DNA of 64,000 nucleotides, taken from Candidatus Hydrogenedentota bacterium (GTDB lineage Bacteria; Hydrogenedentota; Hydrogenedentia; Hydrogenedentales; JAEUWI01). Made by a program: the position numbers and the translations under genes. The notes beneath the pieces are model-generated. The model did no database searches, was not told the origin of the DNA, and was given only the letters and a program-made list of their open reading frames with translations. This document shows, piece after piece, positions 1-10,820 of the stretch; the first letter of the stretch is position 1; each line of letters starts with the position of its first letter. Location: positions 44,901-108,900 of the forward strand of contig JAXMOL010000023.1 of assembly GCA_034669905.1 (NCBI GenBank), written 5' to 3'.

Positions 1-1
1 C

Positions 2-2323
2 TCGACACGAGCGGGCACGGACACGCAAATCGGCAGCCGGGACTTTCGCTTTAACCCCGACACCGGTGTCGTCGAACCCCAAAGCGGTCCCACCCAATTT
101 GGCCGAAACCGGGATGACTGGGGCCACTGGTTTGGCACACAGAATTCTCGCCCGCTGTGGCACTACGCCCTGCCCGACCACTACCTGCAACGCAATCCCT
201 ATTATGCGGCCCCCGATGGGCAGGTTCAGGTACTCGGGGAAGTGGGCGCCCCGGTGTACCCCGCCAGTGCGCTCCAAAAACGCTTTCACGACTTCAAGGC
301 TTCCGGGCGCTTTACCTCGGCGTGCAGTGGCATGATCTATCGGGATGGTCTGCTCTTCCCCGCCGAGGAGATGAACGGCTTCGCCTGCGAACCCTTCCAC
401 AATCTGGTACAGCGCATTGCTCTGGAGCCGGAAGGTGTAACCTTTCGCGGAACGCGGGCGGGCCTCCCGGATGGGCCGGATTTCTTCGCCAGTGAAGACC
501 GCTGGTGTCGCCCGGTCATGGTGCGGACCGGGCCCGATGGTGGCCTGTGGGTGGCAGACATGTATCGCTATATGATCGAGCACCCCCAGTGGCTCCCCGA
601 GGAGGGCAAGGCGGAACTCCTGCCCTTTTACCGCGAGGGAGAGGATAAAGGGCGAATCTATCGCGTGCGGCCTGAGGGGAAAGCCCCCCGTCCCATACCG
701 GTCCTGGCGGACATGGACAATCGCGCCCTGGCCTTACAGCTGGCCTCGCACAATGGCTGGGTCCGTGATAAGGCACAGCAACTCTTGCTCTGGCGCGATG
801 GACAGGATGCCGCACCCACCCTGGAACACGTGCTTTCCGAGTCGGGTCCCCGGGGCCAGGTGCACGCACTAAGTACCCTGGATGGATTGGGACTCCTGAA
901 ACCGGAACACCTGGTTCCTGCCCTTTCCAAGGCGAATCACCCGGGTGTGCTGGAGAACGCGTTGCGTCTTGCCGAACGCCATGCCACGCCGCAGGTCGTT
1001 TCGGCCGCATGCGCGCTGGTAGACAGTCCCGACCCGAAAGTGCGGCAACAGCTCGCCTTCAGCCTCGGGGCATTCCCGCCCACGCCGGAAATCGCCGATG
1101 CCCTCGCCGATCTCCTGCTCCAGGATCACGATGACGCCTTCCTGCAGGCCGCCGCCCTGTCTTCGGCACTCCCCCACCAGGAAGCGCTCATTGCCACGTT
1201 GGTCACCCGGAATGACGCGGCGCTTCCCGCCATTCGCCAGGTATTGGCGGAAATGGCCCTGGCCGCCGACAACACCAACGCCCTGACGGCCCTGTTGGCG
1301 CCCCTCTTGCAAACGGCCCAGTCCGACCTGAGCCAACCCAACGTGGATGCTACCGTCGCACTCCTGGACCTCGTGGAACAACGGGGAAAAAGCCTGGAAG
1401 CCATTTCGACTGAATTGGCAGAACACTACGCCGCACTACGTCAAGGGGCACGGGCAGCGATGGGCGACGTCGACACGGCGGCCTCCACCCGCATCGCCGC
1501 CGCAACGGTGCTCTCCCGCCTTCCAACCGACCAGGAAGTGGTTGTGGACTACCTTGCGACCCAACTGGATATTCAGGGCAGCCCCGAGAATCTTCGCCAC
1601 AGTCTCACCGCCCTGGCCCGTACCAATGATGCCCGTGTTCCCGGACTGCTCATTGGTGCCTGGCCACGCCTCCTTCCGCAGGCACGGGAACAGGTCGTGG
1701 ACATCCTCCTCGCCCGCCGCGCCTGGACCTCGGAGCTCCTTCAAGGACTGGACAAAAACCATATTCGAATGACCGACCTGGCACCCGTGCGGCGCACCCA
1801 CCTGCTCAATCACCCCGATGATGACCTGCAAAACCGCGCCAAAGCGCTCTTCGCCCGGCAAAACAATCCGGAACGTGCGGCCGTTATCGCCGCCTACCAA
1901 CCGGCCCTGACCCTCCCGGGTGAGCCGACTCGGGGCCGCGCGCTTTATGCGGAATCCTGTGCCCCCTGCCATGCCCTCGCCGGTATGGGACTCGCCATTG
2001 GGCCGGACTTGCGTACCGTGGCTTCCCACCCGAAAGAGAAGCTGCTGGCCAACATCCTCGACCCCAATCTCGATATCCAGCCTGGTTATCATGCCTACTA
2101 TTGCGAGCTGGAAGATGGCGAGAACCTCTTTGGCCTCATCGCCTCGGAAAACGCCACCAGCATCACCATGAAATTGCCGGGGGCCATCGTGCGCACCATC
2201 CTTCGCAGTGACATCTATCTGCTTGAGAGCACTTCCATCTCCATGATGCCCGACGGCTGGGAAGCCACCATGACCCCCGAAGACGTGGCCGACCTCATCG
2301 CCTTCCTGCAATCACCCGGCTGA
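2..2323 (+). CDS. PVC-type heme-binding CxxCH protein (dehydrogenase-like beta-propeller + HEAT repeats + C-terminal cytochrome c), 5'-truncated by the window edge
   Basis: Frame is open from base 2 (..RDFRFNPDTG..QFGRNRDDWGHWFG..). Motifs: RPVMVRTGPDGGLWVADMYRYMIEHP, HEAT-like helices, CAPCH heme motif, IGPDL, ILDPN, SMMPDG..DLIAFL. Confidence 0.9.
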   Translation, partial: STRAGTDTQIGSRDFRFNPDTGVVEPQSGPTQFGRNRDDWGHWFGTQNSRPLWHYALPDHYLQRNPYYAAPDGQVQVLGEVGAPVYPASALQKRFHDFKASGRFTSACSGMIYRDGLLFPAEEMNGFACEPFHNLVQRIALEPEGVTFRGTRAGLPDGPDFFASEDRWCRPVMVRTGPDGGLWVADMYRYMIEHPQWLPEEGKAELLPFYREGEDKGRIYRVRPEGKAPRPIPVLADMDNRALALQLASHNGWVRDKAQQLLLWRDGQDAAPTLEHVLSESGPRGQVHALSTLDGLGLLKPEHLVPALSKANHPGVLENALRLAERHATPQVVSAACALVDSPDPKVRQQLAFSLGAFPPTPEIADALADLLLQDHDDAFLQAAALSSALPHQEALIATLVTRNDAALPAIRQVLAEMALAADNTNALTALLAPLLQTAQSDLSQPNVDATVALLDLVEQRGKSLEAISTELAEHYAALRQGARAAMGDVDTAASTRIAAATVLSRLPTDQEVVVDYLATQLDIQGSPENLRHSLTALARTNDARVPGLLIGAWPRLLPQAREQVVDILLARRAWTSELLQGLDKNHIRMTDLAPVRRTHLLNHPDDDLQNRAKALFARQNNPERAAVIAAYQPALTLPGEPTRGRALYAESCAPCHALAGMGLAIGPDLRTVASHPKEKLLANILDPNLDIQPGYHAYYCELEDGENLFGLIASENATSITMKLPGAIVRTILRSDIYLLESTSISMMPDGWEATMTPEDVADLIAFLQSPG

Positions 2324-2451
2324 GGCACGTCCTTGCGTTAAGCCCCAAACCTATGAGAAGCGCGGCGACCGACTCCGTGTGGAGAACCGGTCGCCGCGCG
2401 TTATATCTCGCACGACAGGCTTGTCCGGCGCAGCACAAGCACGCCCTTCTG

Positions 2452-3714
2452 TTACAGGTCCAGCGTGGTAACGGAAATCTCCCAGGATACAAATTCAATA
2501 CCCTGGTCCACTACGACATAATAGGTTCCGGGACGGTCGAAAATGCGCGCGCGCATGCCAAGAAAATCGCCGTCCGATATACGGGTAAAGGGCGTATCGG
2601 TTTCGGCGTCATAGAGGGTCACGGAAAACCCACTCGGCGTTCGGGGGGCTGCAATACGGCATTCCAGACGCCACAGCCCACGCCCCACAATAAACTCCGG
2701 AGAGCGGCGTTCACCGGTTCCGGACCACTCCGCAATCGGCGTTGGGAGGACCTGGGGCCGGTAGCCGGTAGCATCGGCTTCCTTCAGGGCAGCGACCCGG
2801 GCCTGCCAGGCACTGTAGCGCATGTTTTCGTCGTGCGCCTTGGAAAGGGCCGCCCGGGCGTCCCGCTCCCGTTGAGAGATGGCTTTCTCCACAGACTCCA
2901 ACTCTTTGGCATGGGCCTTCATGCGGGCGCGATAATCCTCTTCGGCCTCGCCGATGCGCCGCTCGGTGCGACTGCGCTCGGCCAATGCCGCATCATAGAG
3001 GGAGGGGTCTTCCGTGTACCACCAGGTCGGCACGGCACGTAGCCGATCGTGCTCGTCATAGTAGTAGTGATACACCGGCCCCACGTAGCCCTTGGAGTTT
3101 TCATAGGCATCCAGATAAAAATTCGAGGCATCTTCGGCCTGGGCCTGCTCCACGGCCGCCTCCCGCGCATATCCCGCGGAAATCAGCCTGTCCTGCACCA
3201 CCCCCTTGGTAGAATCCAGGGTTTCCAACTGGTCCACCGCCTGGGCGTGATCGGCGACCCGTAGTTCCGTGCGCTGCTCCAGGGTCTCCCCCAGGCCCCG
3301 CTCAATCCACTGTTGTCGTTCAGGGGAAAGGCTCTGCCAGTGGGCCAATTGAGATTCAAAGAGGGCGAGGCTCTCCAACTGACGTTGCTTTTTCAGCAGG
3401 TCGCCATCTACCCGAGGTGCCGTGGACACCTTTGCCTGCTCCGCCGCCCGTGCCGAATCTCGCGCCGCCCGATACCGCTCCAGAATGGCCTCCCGCCGGG
3501 TACTGTCCGGCAAAATCACCACATCCGTAACATTACGTCGTCGACGGCTGATCTTTTCCAACTCCCCGGAATCGGGGTGATGTACGTAATAGTAGTCCTG
3601 GCTTGTCCGAATGTACACATCCCGATACCAGACATCACCCATACGCAAAGAATCTGCTGCCGCCATCCCCGCCATCACCGTGAACGCTACCATGAGGTAC
3701 AATGGCCTGACCAT
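2452..3714 (-). CDS. Secreted hypothetical protein (signal peptide, coiled coil, C-terminal beta-sandwich)
   Basis: 420-aa ORF with an AAA-DS signal peptide and AAAGGA upstream; long heptad-like helices and a beta-rich C-terminus. Confidence 0.75.
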   Translation of the reverse strand: MVRPLYLMVAFTVMAGMAAADSLRMGDVWYRDVYIRTSQDYYYVHHPDSGELEKISRRRRNVTDVVILPDSTRREAILERYRAARDSARAAEQAKVSTAPRVDGDLLKKQRQLESLALFESQLAHWQSLSPERQQWIERGLGETLEQRTELRVADHAQAVDQLETLDSTKGVVQDRLISAGYAREAAVEQAQAEDASNFYLDAYENSKGYVGPVYHYYYDEHDRLRAVPTWWYTEDPSLYDAALAERSRTERRIGEAEEDYRARMKAHAKELESVEKAISQRERDARAALSKAHDENMRYSAWQARVAALKEADATGYRPQVLPTPIAEWSGTGERRSPEFIVGRGLWRLECRIAAPRTPSGFSVTLYDAETDTPFTRISDGDFLGMRARIFDRPGTYYVVVDQGIEFVSWEISVTTLDL

Positions 3715-4026
3715 GTCGCCATCCTTTCGGTTGGATTACTCGACGGAACGCGCACTCCTCCCTTTAACTATTAAACGCCTCCCGCATAGGTATATTCAAG
3801 AGGCTTGAAAAATTGTGTACATCCCCCACTTTGACCGCATTATGTAAACGCCGGGCTAAAAGGGCAGCGGGTGGCGGCGCAAAAGTAAAGCATCGATAAC
3901 ACCGTGTAAAAACGACAACGATGGTGCGCTATGACGAAAACAAAACATAGGCGTGATAGAATCCCCCAGGCGGCAAGTGGAATCATAGCCATGCGCCACG
4001 GCGTCATCGACATAAGGATAAATTTC

Positions 4027-5787
4027 ATGGCCCTGAGAGTCTTTTCCCTTTTACTCGCCCTTTTCGCGATCCTTTCCGGAATCGCTCACGGAGAGACCGC
4101 CCCAACGAACGAAACGGCGCCCCCCTTTCACCTGGAGGTGTTGGTGGATTTTGTCGACGATGCCCTCGTGACCGAATTCACGCCGGATCACATCGACCAA
4201 ATGATGGCGACGTTGAAATCGCTCGGCGTCACTCGGGTAAGCTGGGCCTATTATGGCGACGGCCACGGGGGCTTCTTCATGCCATCCGGGCTGGACAAAC
4301 GGTGGCAAAACCTGGCGAATACCTACCAGAATCTGGGCAACCCCCTGCGGGTTGCGACGGAAGCGGCGCACCGCCACGGACTGGAACTTTATGCCTACTA
4401 CAAGCCCTACGAAACGGGCCCGGCGATCGCCCTCCCGGAAGGCACGCCCGAGGCCCGAGCCTTTGGCCGTATCCGCCAGCAGGGTGCCTGGCTGACCTGG
4501 TTCGACCCCTTCGTCGTCGAGAATCCCGATCTCCGTATCAAACGTTTGCCCGGTCTTCCGAATGCAACAGATAACGCGGTGCCCATTTGCGCCCTCAAGC
4601 TCGTCAAGCAGGACGACAGCCCGACGCGAATCACAGCGGAACACCTTCAGATCTGGGCGAGCGACGACAACTACCAATATAAGCCCCTAGAGGTTGATTT
4701 CACGGTAAGTGAAGCCGTGGAGCCCTCGCCGAAGGAAGTCCGCGACCGGGACGGCAAGCTCCTGACGAAAACGGGCGATCCGGTACGCACCCTGACCTTG
4801 TCCGGTTTTGCCCTCACCAATAAATACGTTCTGGTGACCACCGATTTCACGGAGGGACCGGCGGACTTCGAGAATGCCGGCACGGATATTCTCACCGCGC
4901 TAGACAGCGAGGGCAGCGAAATACCCGGTGTCTTCTATAACGGTGCCATGATTTATATGCGGGACAAGATAGATTTTCGAAACTGGGGGCTCCTTTTCGA
5001 TTGCGGCTATGGGCGCGGCATGACCCAGCTGGACCTACCCAACACATCGGGAAAACAGGGCGTGGTGGCCTTTGCCCGGGGGCGGAATGAATACCTTCCC
5101 GGGGCCTTGTGTGAAACCGAGCCCGCCGTGCGCGCTTACTGGCTGGACTGTATCCAGGAGATGTTGGATGCGGGTGTGGACGGCGTAGACCTCCGCGTGG
5201 AGAACCACGGCACCCACACGGATTACCCCGAGGAATATGGCGGTAACGAGGTAATACTCAAGGCCTGCGAGGCACGGGGCGGCGTTACGCCGGAAAATAT
5301 CGCTGCCGTGCGGGGCGAAGCCTACACGGCCTTTCTCCGCGACGCGAAGGGGCTCTTGGGAAAACATAATCGGCCCCTCCGCGTAAATCTGAATTTCGAT
5401 TGGTTCCGGTCCGACCCACCCGCCAACCGCAAGCTCGCCTACCCCATGAATATGGATTTCCCCTGGCGCGAATGGATCGATGCCGGTCTTATGGACGCGG
5501 CCATTCTCCGCTTCTATCGCCTCCCCTTCGATGCCATCTTTGACGATGCCGTGGCGCTGGAAATGACCGCCAAGTGCAATGCCGCCGGCATACCCATCAC
5601 CGTAAACCGCTACCTCAAGCCGACCATGCCCGAGGAATTTGAGCGTGTTCGGGATGATGGACGTTTCGCCGGATATGTCCTGTATGAGGCCGCCAGCTTT
5701 ATTACCTATGACGCCGAAGAGCAGTGTTTGGTAAAGCAAGATATGGTGAAGGAACTTGGGAAGCGGGTGACAGGGAAACAGGACTGA
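4027..5787 (+). CDS. Secreted glycoside hydrolase-like TIM-barrel protein (GHL10/DUF187-like)
   Basis: ATG 4027 follows AAGGA; signal peptide; AAHRHGLELYAY and PAVRAYWLDCIQEMLDAGVDGVDL motifs. Confidence 0.7.
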   Translation: MALRVFSLLLALFAILSGIAHGETAPTNETAPPFHLEVLVDFVDDALVTEFTPDHIDQMMATLKSLGVTRVSWAYYGDGHGGFFMPSGLDKRWQNLANTYQNLGNPLRVATEAAHRHGLELYAYYKPYETGPAIALPEGTPEARAFGRIRQQGAWLTWFDPFVVENPDLRIKRLPGLPNATDNAVPICALKLVKQDDSPTRITAEHLQIWASDDNYQYKPLEVDFTVSEAVEPSPKEVRDRDGKLLTKTGDPVRTLTLSGFALTNKYVLVTTDFTEGPADFENAGTDILTALDSEGSEIPGVFYNGAMIYMRDKIDFRNWGLLFDCGYGRGMTQLDLPNTSGKQGVVAFARGRNEYLPGALCETEPAVRAYWLDCIQEMLDAGVDGVDLRVENHGTHTDYPEEYGGNEVILKACEARGGVTPENIAAVRGEAYTAFLRDAKGLLGKHNRPLRVNLNFDWFRSDPPANRKLAYPMNMDFPWREWIDAGLMDAAILRFYRLPFDAIFDDAVALEMTAKCNAAGIPITVNRYLKPTMPEEFERVRDDGRFAGYVLYEAASFITYDAEEQCLVKQDMVKELGKRVTGKQD

Positions 5788-5789
5788 AC

Positions 5790-6689
5790 TCAAGTCCGCC
5801 AGGCCAGCGTCTTCCCTTCCCCGTTCCACGGGTGGTCCGGGTCGTTGGTCTTCGTGGTCAGCGTCATCCCTTCCGCCGTCAAACGCGCCTCCGTCCACCC
5901 CGTGGTCGACAACTTGGGGTCGGCTACGTAGGAGGTCGCAGGCATATTGAGGATATGGATGCCCTCGTGTTCGAAGAAGTTACGGTCATGGATGTGGCCG
6001 TGGATATAGGCCTTCACCTGCTTGCGGGAGGCGAGGATTTCCCAGAGTTCCGCCGAATCGGTGAGTCCACCGGGAAAGTGGACTGGGTCGCCCCCCAGGC
6101 GCGGATTGTGGTGGGCCATGATAATCGCCACTTTGTCTGGGCGCGCGTCCAGGGCCTCCGCCAGCCACATTCGTTGCGCCTCTCCCAGGGTGCCCGACGT
6201 CACCATGGTTTCGTACAACGAATCGAGGAGGAAAAAGTTGGCAAAGCGCGTTTCCACCACGGAAATATGGCGCGATTCTACCGCGGCGCTTTCGGGGCGC
6301 TCTTCCGACAGTACCTTGTAGAAAACTTCGCGATTATCATGGTTGCCGAGGGTGAGGTGTACATCCAATCCGGCTTCCCGCAAGGGTGCGATGAGCGTCG
6401 CGAAGTGGCGGTAGTCCCCCGGCTGCCCATCGGTCAGCGCCAAATCCCCGTTAATCAAGACACACGCGGGCTTTTGCTTCAGGCCCACCAGCTCCTCCAC
6501 CACCTGCCGTAAATGGCTCGACACCGGGGAATCGGGCGCGTGCGTCTCAGCGATGTGGGTGTCGTTCAGCAAGTAGACCAAGTCACCATCGACCTCGTTG
6601 CCGAAGGACTCCGTGGCGCAGGCAACGAGCCCCGCACCCACGGTGAAGAGAAACTGGCGTCGGTTTGGTGCGGGAAGATGGATAGGCAT
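5790..6689 (-). CDS. Tat-exported calcineurin-like metallophosphoesterase (Icc/CpdA-like)
   Basis: NRRQFL Tat motif; DTH, NGD, GNHD, HH and HGHIH metal-binding motifs. Confidence 0.9.
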   Translation of the reverse strand: MPIHLPAPNRRQFLFTVGAGLVACATESFGNEVDGDLVYLLNDTHIAETHAPDSPVSSHLRQVVEELVGLKQKPACVLINGDLALTDGQPGDYRHFATLIAPLREAGLDVHLTLGNHDNREVFYKVLSEERPESAAVESRHISVVETRFANFFLLDSLYETMVTSGTLGEAQRMWLAEALDARPDKVAIIMAHHNPRLGGDPVHFPGGLTDSAELWEILASRKQVKAYIHGHIHDRNFFEHEGIHILNMPATSYVADPKLSTTGWTEARLTAEGMTLTTKTNDPDHPWNGEGKTLAWRT

Positions 6690-6895
6690 GGTTAGACTCC
6701 AGTCTTAAGGGGCGGTACAAGTCGCTGCACAGTATGACCGACGCTTCGATTCTATGGCAATGCCATGGCAAATGAATCGCGGGGTCAGCATCAACGCTAC
6801 CCTTCTCCCCGCAGGCTGTGGCCGCATACGTATCGTACATACGAAAGTCGTCCCGGCACTCGTCATCTGCCGGGACAACCTGCGATTCGCTACAA

Positions 6896-9103
6896 CTACT
6901 TCTTTTTCAACGCATTAATACGCGCCACGCTTTCCCAGAACGCATCGGTATTGGGAAATTGGCCTGGTGCCACCGTCTCCACATGACCATCCATAAAGAG
7001 CACGTTGATCACGTCGTCTGACCACGCGCCTCGGCGTTCCATGAGTATGGGCACACGCGACTGGAACTGGTAGTCAGCTGCTGGATTGGAAGAATCCTCT
7101 ATGACCATCCGCGCAACTTTTTCCCGCAATCGGTAGACCGTTCCGCCGTCTACTTCCATGTCGCTATTGGGCACCCCGCCCGCTGCGGCGGATGCCAGAT
7201 AGCCTTGGGTGTAAGACGCCATTTCTTCATCGTTCCTCACGAGGTATCCCAAGTAGACATAGTGGTAATCGTCCACCGCCGATACAGGATTATTCGTGGC
7301 CTTTTCTTGCCAAAGCTCCGCACCTTCCCCACCCGGATTAACAAGCACACTCGTATCGACCAAATACTCTGGATAGACGGCTGTTGCTCGTCCACTGCGA
7401 TAGTCTTCGGCCTCGGTCGCGGCAAACATCAGATGTCCCGGAGTGGCCTTCAAGGGCGGAAACTGCTCATCCCAACTCTCATTCGCATACATCTTGAAAA
7501 CAAGGCCCAGCTGCTTCTGGTTATTCTGGCTGCTGGCCTTTTGGGCTTCGGACTGGGCGGCTCCCATCCCGCCCAAGAGCGCTTGCGCGGAGACCAGACC
7601 AAAGGCCGAATTCGCAAACTCAACCCGCAGTTCAGAGAATTCGGCACGGTCCCATGCCTGGATCGTTATCGCAGGAGCGTCCTGCAGCGCTTGGACAGCA
7701 GAACCCCCTTCTCCGGCAGTCCCGGCCATTCCTGCAGCCATCTGCATAAGCGGACTTGACGCCACCTTGGCCAGATCGATGGTCACGTCCGCCCGATTGG
7801 GGGCATCATCGACAGGTGCCACCTTATTCTTGAGGGCATCAAGAATCGCCTTGGTGCCGTCTGCCGTGCTCGCGGCCACGAGGGTGTCGTCCTTGAAACC
7901 ATAGGTAATTCCCCCAAGCATGGGCGGAATTCCTTCGGGACCATAGAGCTGGACGCCGTCATAGTCTCCACGGGAAACGGTGCGCATGCCACCCATCCCC
8001 AATAACATGTCGAGCATCTCTGCCTGCATGGGCTTCACGGCCAACTTTACCTCCGGCATGCCCGCAGCCCCCATATTGACCGAAAGGGCCAGGGAGTTCC
8101 CCAGGATCGGTGTCAACATCCCTTGCAACTGATCCGCTCCCAAGGCGGAAGCGGGACTGCCGTCTTTGGCAATTGCCATGACCAACTCGATAAGTCCCGC
8201 CCCATCCTGCAGGGACATGTTCAGGACCGTCTCAGGGGTAGTCGGATGGCGGAGACCTATCGGATCGCCCGCCGCAGGGGCCACCGCACGCTTGAAGGCC
8301 ACTACTTTCGCAGCACTCTTACTGTCTACTTCCCCGAGCGTAGTGGACACCAGGAAACCTTCGTACCAGGAAGCGAGCAGCTGGACGGTCGCCTGCTGAT
8401 CCAAATCCTCATCGGAAGCCAGCGCGTCACAGTTCCAATATTGGACCAGGTCGTTCGACGCCTCATTCTGCAGGGACTCGAAATGCGGCAGGAGTTCGTG
8501 GGGTGCCCCGAAGCTCGCTGCAGCGGCCTCAAAGTGACGTTTATCTTTGGTTAGTACGGCGTAGCCTTCCGCCACAAACCAATATCCCGATCCGACCACG
8601 CCCGCAGGCACTTCTTTATCCCCAACCTGCAGACTCAGGACGTCGGAACCTTCTATAATGGGGGATTGGGCGAATGCCTCGGCTGAGCGAACCGGGACAT
8701 AGACCCATGCGTCTTGCGCAAGTGATTCAAAAACTATGCCGAAGGGGCGGTCTCCGTCAACGCCATACATATCCAGTAAGTGCGAAAAGGTCACCTCATC
8801 GTCGGGGGGCATCTCCCCCCCGAGGTCTACGAAAAACTCCCTGATAAAACCGTTTAACTCGTCGGACTCGCCGTGGGCATCGGCCCATTCTGAAATGTAA
8901 TTCAAGGTACCGCCGGGACGGGGCAGGACTATCATGCCTACGGGGTCAGCGGGCATTCGGGCTAACAGGTCATCCAGGTCGTCAACCTGTGCGCTGTCAC
9001 TGCCACTTCCTCCGCAGCCCACCACCAACAACGATACGACCAACAGGGTTGCAAAACCCTGTACCACATGGTTCCAACAAGTCACTTTAAAAATCCCCAG
9101 CAT
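6896..9103 (-). CDS. Lipoprotein with C-terminal DUF1559/H-X9-DG-type pilin-like domain
   Basis: LVVGC lipobox; KASSQNNQKQLGLVFKMYANE..FPPL, YVYLGY and NVLFMDGHVE motifs. Confidence 0.8.
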   Translation of the reverse strand: MLGIFKVTCWNHVVQGFATLLVVSLLVVGCGGSGSDSAQVDDLDDLLARMPADPVGMIVLPRPGGTLNYISEWADAHGESDELNGFIREFFVDLGGEMPPDDEVTFSHLLDMYGVDGDRPFGIVFESLAQDAWVYVPVRSAEAFAQSPIIEGSDVLSLQVGDKEVPAGVVGSGYWFVAEGYAVLTKDKRHFEAAAASFGAPHELLPHFESLQNEASNDLVQYWNCDALASDEDLDQQATVQLLASWYEGFLVSTTLGEVDSKSAAKVVAFKRAVAPAAGDPIGLRHPTTPETVLNMSLQDGAGLIELVMAIAKDGSPASALGADQLQGMLTPILGNSLALSVNMGAAGMPEVKLAVKPMQAEMLDMLLGMGGMRTVSRGDYDGVQLYGPEGIPPMLGGITYGFKDDTLVAASTADGTKAILDALKNKVAPVDDAPNRADVTIDLAKVASSPLMQMAAGMAGTAGEGGSAVQALQDAPAITIQAWDRAEFSELRVEFANSAFGLVSAQALLGGMGAAQSEAQKASSQNNQKQLGLVFKMYANESWDEQFPPLKATPGHLMFAATEAEDYRSGRATAVYPEYLVDTSVLVNPGGEGAELWQEKATNNPVSAVDDYHYVYLGYLVRNDEEMASYTQGYLASAAAGGVPNSDMEVDGGTVYRLREKVARMVIEDSSNPAADYQFQSRVPILMERRGAWSDDVINVLFMDGHVETVAPGQFPNTDAFWESVARINALKKK

Positions 9104-9310
9104 CGTGCCCTCCTTGTATTTCTTCGTAGGTTAAGGGGGCTGTCGGAACCGACATCGGATGACTTCGCCCCAGCTGTTTGAAACTCATTTGCCCGAAGCC
9201 GCGTATAGCCGTGAGCTTGATGCCCTCTCGCTTAAATCGAGCACCGTCAGTGCGTTGTTATAGAACAACTATACACATGGACTCATTGCACCGCAACGCA
9301 CGCACCGTCG

Positions 9311-9344
9311 GCGCTTCCAAGCGAAGCCGCGCTTGGGAACGAGG
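9311..9344. repeat. REP-like palindrome (TTCCAAGCG...CGCTTGGGAACGAG family)
   Basis: Hairpin ending CTTGGGAACGAGG; the same end occurs at 30408-30420. Confidence 0.55.
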
Positions 9345-9548
9345 TCTCAAATACTTCGTTCACGCTTGAGCCAATCCCTAACGGAATCGCTATTGAGGGG
9401 CACACGCTCGAAATCGTACTCATTCACAGACACGGATTGGTATCCTGCTCCACGCACACGAATAGGCGGGGCCTAATCGCGTGGCACGGGGCATGGTCAC
9501 AAAAATTGTCCTGCGGGATATTTCGTCGTAATGTCATTTTTTCGTGCG

Positions 9549-10730
9549 TCACGCCCAGCGCTTCAGCGGATGGGTCCGGTCGACCAGCGGCAGCGACACA
9601 CGGCCCCCTTGCACGCAGGACTCGAACACCGCCTGAATCATCTCCCACGAGGCCAGCCCGTCATGGACGCTAAAACGGGGACGACGATCTTCTTCAATGG
9701 CGGCGATGAGATCATCGATGATAATTCTGTTGCGGGCATTCGCGGGAATGGGCGGTTCCGTCACAGGCGAATCGGGCAAGGGTTTCCAGCCGACTTCTGA
9801 ACCCACGGGGGCCCAGTTGGGCGCGTCAAGCCAACCCACGTCGATGGTGGCGTCTCCCTTCAGGACCCGGACGGAGATCACGCCCCGGGTGCCATAGATA
9901 TCGATGCCGAAGCGGCCGCCGTTTCCGTCGGGATTCTTCATGGAATCAAAGTAGCCCACGGCGCCGCCGGGGAATCCATACATGGCGTGAATCCGGTCGC
10001 CCACAATGGGCCCGAGGGGTTCGGTGGGCTTCCGCACATCGGCGGGCGTGGCGGGCCGTCCTTCCATGGTGATGTCGGCCGAACACCACATGGGCGAGCC
10101 ATCCATAAGGAAGCGCATGAGGTCCAGCACATGGGTTCCGAGGACGATGAGGTCTTCCCCACCAGCGCGATGGTCCTCTTTGCCGCGGCCACGGGCCTCG
10201 AGTACGGTGCCGATTAGCCCGTCCTCGTAAATCAGCTTCTTAGCCCGTTGCAGCAGGGACATGCCGCGAAAGTTGTAGGCGATGGACCACTTCAGGTTCT
10301 TGGCATCCACGGCGGCCACCATCTCGTCGCCCGCGTCCAGGCTGTCGCAAAAAGGCTTCTCGATAAAGCCATGGGCACCCACCTCGGCGCACGCCAGGAG
10401 ATAGTCCCGGTGATTAACGGTGCAACGGGGCCCAATGGCCACCAAGTCGGGCCGCTCCTTCTCCAGCATCTCCCGATAGTCCGCGTAGCTCCGCTCGGCC
10501 CCCAGGCCGTTGGCATGGTGCGCCCGGCCCTTCTCATCCGGGTCGGCGAGGCCCACGATAGCGACGTCGTCCCGATAGCGGAAGGCATTCTGGATTTGAT
10601 GGCCATAGCCGCCGAGCTTGGTGTCGCCGATGATGCAGGCCTTGTATTTCTTTTCGGATTGGGCCGTCGCGGTCGCGGCCAAGGCCACGGCGGACGATGC
10701 CGCAATGAATTCACGTCGATTGAGTTGCAT
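9549..10730 (-). CDS. Tat-exported Gfo/Idh/MocA family oxidoreductase
   Basis: NRREF Tat motif, YADYREMLEKERPDLV, EKP, GTHVLD. Confidence 0.92.
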   Translation of the reverse strand: MQLNRREFIAASSAVALAATATAQSEKKYKACIIGDTKLGGYGHQIQNAFRYRDDVAIVGLADPDEKGRAHHANGLGAERSYADYREMLEKERPDLVAIGPRCTVNHRDYLLACAEVGAHGFIEKPFCDSLDAGDEMVAAVDAKNLKWSIAYNFRGMSLLQRAKKLIYEDGLIGTVLEARGRGKEDHRAGGEDLIVLGTHVLDLMRFLMDGSPMWCSADITMEGRPATPADVRKPTEPLGPIVGDRIHAMYGFPGGAVGYFDSMKNPDGNGGRFGIDIYGTRGVISVRVLKGDATIDVGWLDAPNWAPVGSEVGWKPLPDSPVTEPPIPANARNRIIIDDLIAAIEEDRRPRFSVHDGLASWEMIQAVFESCVQGGRVSLPLVDRTHPLKRWA

Positions 10731-10820
10731 GTGCTATGTCCTTCCTTTAGTCGATACTTATTCGCAATGATGACCTTATCATGGACGGAGCGGCGCGTGG
10801 AAACGGGAGAGAATAGATAT

